From Phyllobates terribilis (lineage: Eukaryota): a stretch of 64,000 nt of DNA. Shown one piece after another: positions 61,210 to 64,000 of this stretch (position 1 is the stretch's first letter; each line of letters begins with the position of its first letter). The position numbers and the translations under genes are program-made. The notes under the pieces are model-generated. The model searched no databases, was not told where the DNA came from, and saw only the letters and a program-made list of their open reading frames with translations. The DNA is taken from contig NW_027362761.1 of assembly GCF_046119375.1 (NCBI RefSeq), positions 128,526,001-128,590,000 on the forward strand. The letters run 5' to 3'.

Positions 61210-61487
61210 CTACTGCTATGGGTCCCCTTATTGGTTATTGGGGGTCCTATCAATATCCCAAGATTGAAGTGTTTGTGATCTTGCAGGCGCAGGACGCTAT
61301 CCAGGAAATCGCGCCCTAAGATGCACACCGGTGAAAAAAGAAGTAGCGGAGACCCATGTCTTCTAACATGTTTCCGGCTACTGTTTTGTACCAGCCTGCG
61401 GCCCTGATGACGAGCGTACCGGAGGGTCTTTGATGGGAGAACCTTAGACAGGCTTACCTGTTGAAGATCCGGATACGACTGAGCGGC

Positions 61488-61770
61488 GCCCCTGCCTGGG
61501 GTCGGCAGCTCCAGCTCTGCACGTCAGTGAGAGAGCAGCTGTGGAACTGCGCCCCTGTCTGGGGTCGGCAGCTCCAGCTCTGCACGTCAGTGAGAGAGCA
61601 GCTGTGGAACTGCGCCCCTCTCTGGGGTCGGCAGCTCCAGCTCCATGCATCAGTGGAGAAGCTGCTGTGGAACTGCGCCCCTGCCTGGGGTCGCTACCTC
61701 CAGCTCTGCACATCAATGGGAGCACCTGTTGAGCTCTGCCCATGTCTGGGGTCAGCAGCTCCAGCTTTGA
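61488..61770. repeat. 63-bp GC-rich tandem repeat (about 4.5 units)
   Basis: GTCGGCAGCT-type anchor at 61501, 61564, 61627, 61690. Confidence 0.85.
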
Positions 61771-61943
61771 TCGTCGCTCTATTGGAGGTGCCCCTGCCTG
61801 GGGTTGACTACCCCAGTATTGCTCATGCATGGCCGGATGGAGCGGAACAGGCCTGTGACTTGGTCCAGCCTCCGAATCCGTACAGCTGGTGGCGAGAGAT
61901 CTTCGTGAATGTTTACCTTGTTTATGGGGCCCTTTCCTTGTTC

Positions 61944-62833
61944 GGCTATGTGCCCACGATGCAGAAATGCTCCGGATTTTTTCCTGAGCGTTTCTGCATC
62001 TCCCTGGCAGAAAAACGCATGCGGATTGTACATGCGTTTTTCCTGCCAGGGACATGCGGATGTGAAGCGTTCTTCACATGCATTTCCGTATGCGGGTTGA
62101 CAAGCGCTTTCCTAGCGATTTTAGCATTACTTGGAAAGTGCTTGACAACTTGGTCACACTATATAAATCCATGCAACCGGCATGGATTTATATAGTGTGA
62201 CCGTAAAGAATGTTAAAAAAAATGAATAAATAAATATATACTTACCTTCTGATGGCCCCCGGAGTCTTTATTCGATCTGTCCTGGCTTGCCGGCAGCTCG
62301 CGGTAAACTGAAGGACCTGCCGACGTCAGCGGTGGCGTGACCCGTCACATGACTAAATGACGTCAGCGCAGGTCCTTCAGTCCACCGCGATCTGCCGGCA
62401 AGCGAAGACAAGCACACCCCGGGCCGTCAGAAGGTAAGTATAATATTTATTTTTTATTTTATTCTTTTTTTTTTTTTTTTTTTTTTTTTTACAGGTACTA
62501 TGGTACCCGGGTCCGGAGGAAAGTCTCCTCTCCTCCAGACCCGGATACCATCCGCACTTTGAAATGCATGGATTCCGCATGTACAGATACAGTGATGCTG
62601 AATCCAAGCGTTCCAATGCAAGTCAAGGGCGGCGAAAACGCAGCGCTTTCCGCAAAATAATTGGTAGTGCTGCGTTTTTTTCCGCAATGATAACCTGCAG
62701 CGGAAATTTGCACAGCACGTGCAGATTATCATTGGGGAACATGGCAGGCCTTCTACCAAGCGTTTTTTAAGCGTTTCTGCAGTGGAATTGCCGCTGCGGA
62801 AAAGCTTAAAAAATGCATTGTGGGCACACAGCC
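61944..62833. mobile_element. PIF/Harbinger-type non-autonomous element, copy 1
   Basis: GGCTATGTGCCCACGATGC ... TGTGGGCACACAGCC ends. Colinear with copy 2. Confidence 0.75.
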
Positions 62834-62836
62834 TCA

Positions 62837-63615
62837 GGCTATGTGCCCACGATGCAGAAATTCTCCGGATTTTTCCTGAGCGTTTCTGCATCTCCCTGGC
62901 AGAAAAAACGCATGCGGATTGTACATGCGTTTTTCCTGCCAGGGACATGTGGATGTGAAGCGTTCTTCACATGCATTTCCGCATGCGGGTTGTCAAGCGA
63001 TTTTAGCATCACTTGGAAAGTGCTTGTCAACTTGGTCACACTATATAAATCCATGCAACCGGCATATATAGTGTGACCCGAGAGAATGTATAAAAATAAA
63101 TATATACTTACCCTCCGATGGCTCGCGCTGTCTTGTTTCACTGTCCCGGCTGCCGGCAGCGGTACACTGAAGGACCTGCCGACGTCAGCGTCACGTGACC
63201 CGTCACATGACTGTGACGTCAGCGCAGGTCCTTCAGTCCACCGCGAACTGCCGGCATGAGAGGAAGAGCGCATCGGGGGCCACCAGAAGGTAAGTATATA
63301 TTTATTTTTTATTTTATTCTTTTTTTTTTTTTTTTTACAGTTTTCTATGGTACCCGGGTCCAGAGGAGTGTCTCCTGTCCTCCACACCCGGGTACCATCC
63401 CCAAATTAGAACGCATGGAATGCGCATCTACATATACAGTGATGCGTAATCCATGCGTTCTAAGGCAAGTCAATGGCGGCGTAAATACAGCACTTCCGCA
63501 AAATAATTGGTAGTGCTTCGTTTTTTTCCGCAATGATAATCCTCAGCGGAATCTTCCGCTGCATGTGCACAGCCGCTGCGGAAATGCTTAAAAAACGCAT
63601 CGTGAGCACACAGCC
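62837..63615. mobile_element. PIF/Harbinger-type non-autonomous element, copy 2
   Basis: 3-bp TSD TCA (62834-62836, 63616-63618). Same family as 30002-30860, in the opposite orientation. Confidence 0.8.
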
Positions 63616-64000
63616 TCATGGTTACTAGGAAAGGCTGAAGGAAGTTGGCGTAAAACTCAAAAATGTGTGTGTGTGTGTGTGTGCGCTCTGTAAGACCCCA
63701 TCTGTGCCAAGGGCCTCGTGCTTTAAATTTGGCTTCAGGACGGAAGCTGGACCTTAGACCTCTAGGATAAAATTAGCCACATGTCTGGGCCGCACAGAGC
63801 CTCATGATTGGGCTTCAGAATTTACCACAAAAATGAGCCTCTATCTGCTCAGTAAATGTTAAAGTAACACTCAGAGGTTTTTACTGTTGTCCTCCAGTCA
63901 GTTTACTCCATCCATAGGACGGCACATGGTGTTAATACAGCACATGGTCTCTGTGAAGGTCTGCTGTCCAGCTGCGTCTCATCAGTTGGCTCCTTTGGGT

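Noticed and set aside
63621-63633. X-box-like GTTACTAGGAAAG as an IFT74/RFX promoter element
   Set aside because: Imperfect single motif abutting a transposon end, with no supporting exon or CpG island.
1-64000. rRNA, tRNA, snoRNA or intact autonomous transposase genes
   Set aside because: None recognisable by eye. Every transposase or RT frame has stops, frameshifts or insertions. Small RNAs cannot be excluded without an Infernal/Rfam and tRNAscan search.

Overview
Vertebrate genomic DNA, most likely a frog (inferred from the repeat families; no database search was run). Three genes can be reconstructed by hand from splice sites and peptide recognition. (1) A complete 14-exon PLAA gene on the minus strand (ATG 58487, stop 15858; 2382 nt, 793 aa) with a non-canonical GC-AG intron 10. 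(2) The first four coding exons of CAAP1 on the minus strand (ATG 11318; the rest lies left of the window). (3) A GEMIN7-like gene on the plus strand, wedged between them and absent from the ORF track because its ATG sits in a separate 15-nt coding exon (11729-11743 + 13632-13985, 122 aa). GEMIN7 is head-to-head with CAAP1, with start codons 410 bp apart, and convergent with PLAA. The introns are packed with transposons: several Tc1/mariner copies, TTAA piggyBac-like non-autonomous elements, T2/Kolobok-type, hAT and PIF/Harbinger MITEs (many with intact target-site duplications), a Gypsy-type solo LTR, and a near-intact L2/CR1-clade LINE whose ORF carries a 2A-like GDISPNPGP motif. Several minisatellites are present (89, 17, ~385, 33, 50, 49/44, ~31 and 63 bp units), one directly abutting the PLAA core promoter. 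No rRNA, tRNA or CRISPR array was seen. Protein identities are from recalled vertebrate sequences and should be confirmed by BLAST.
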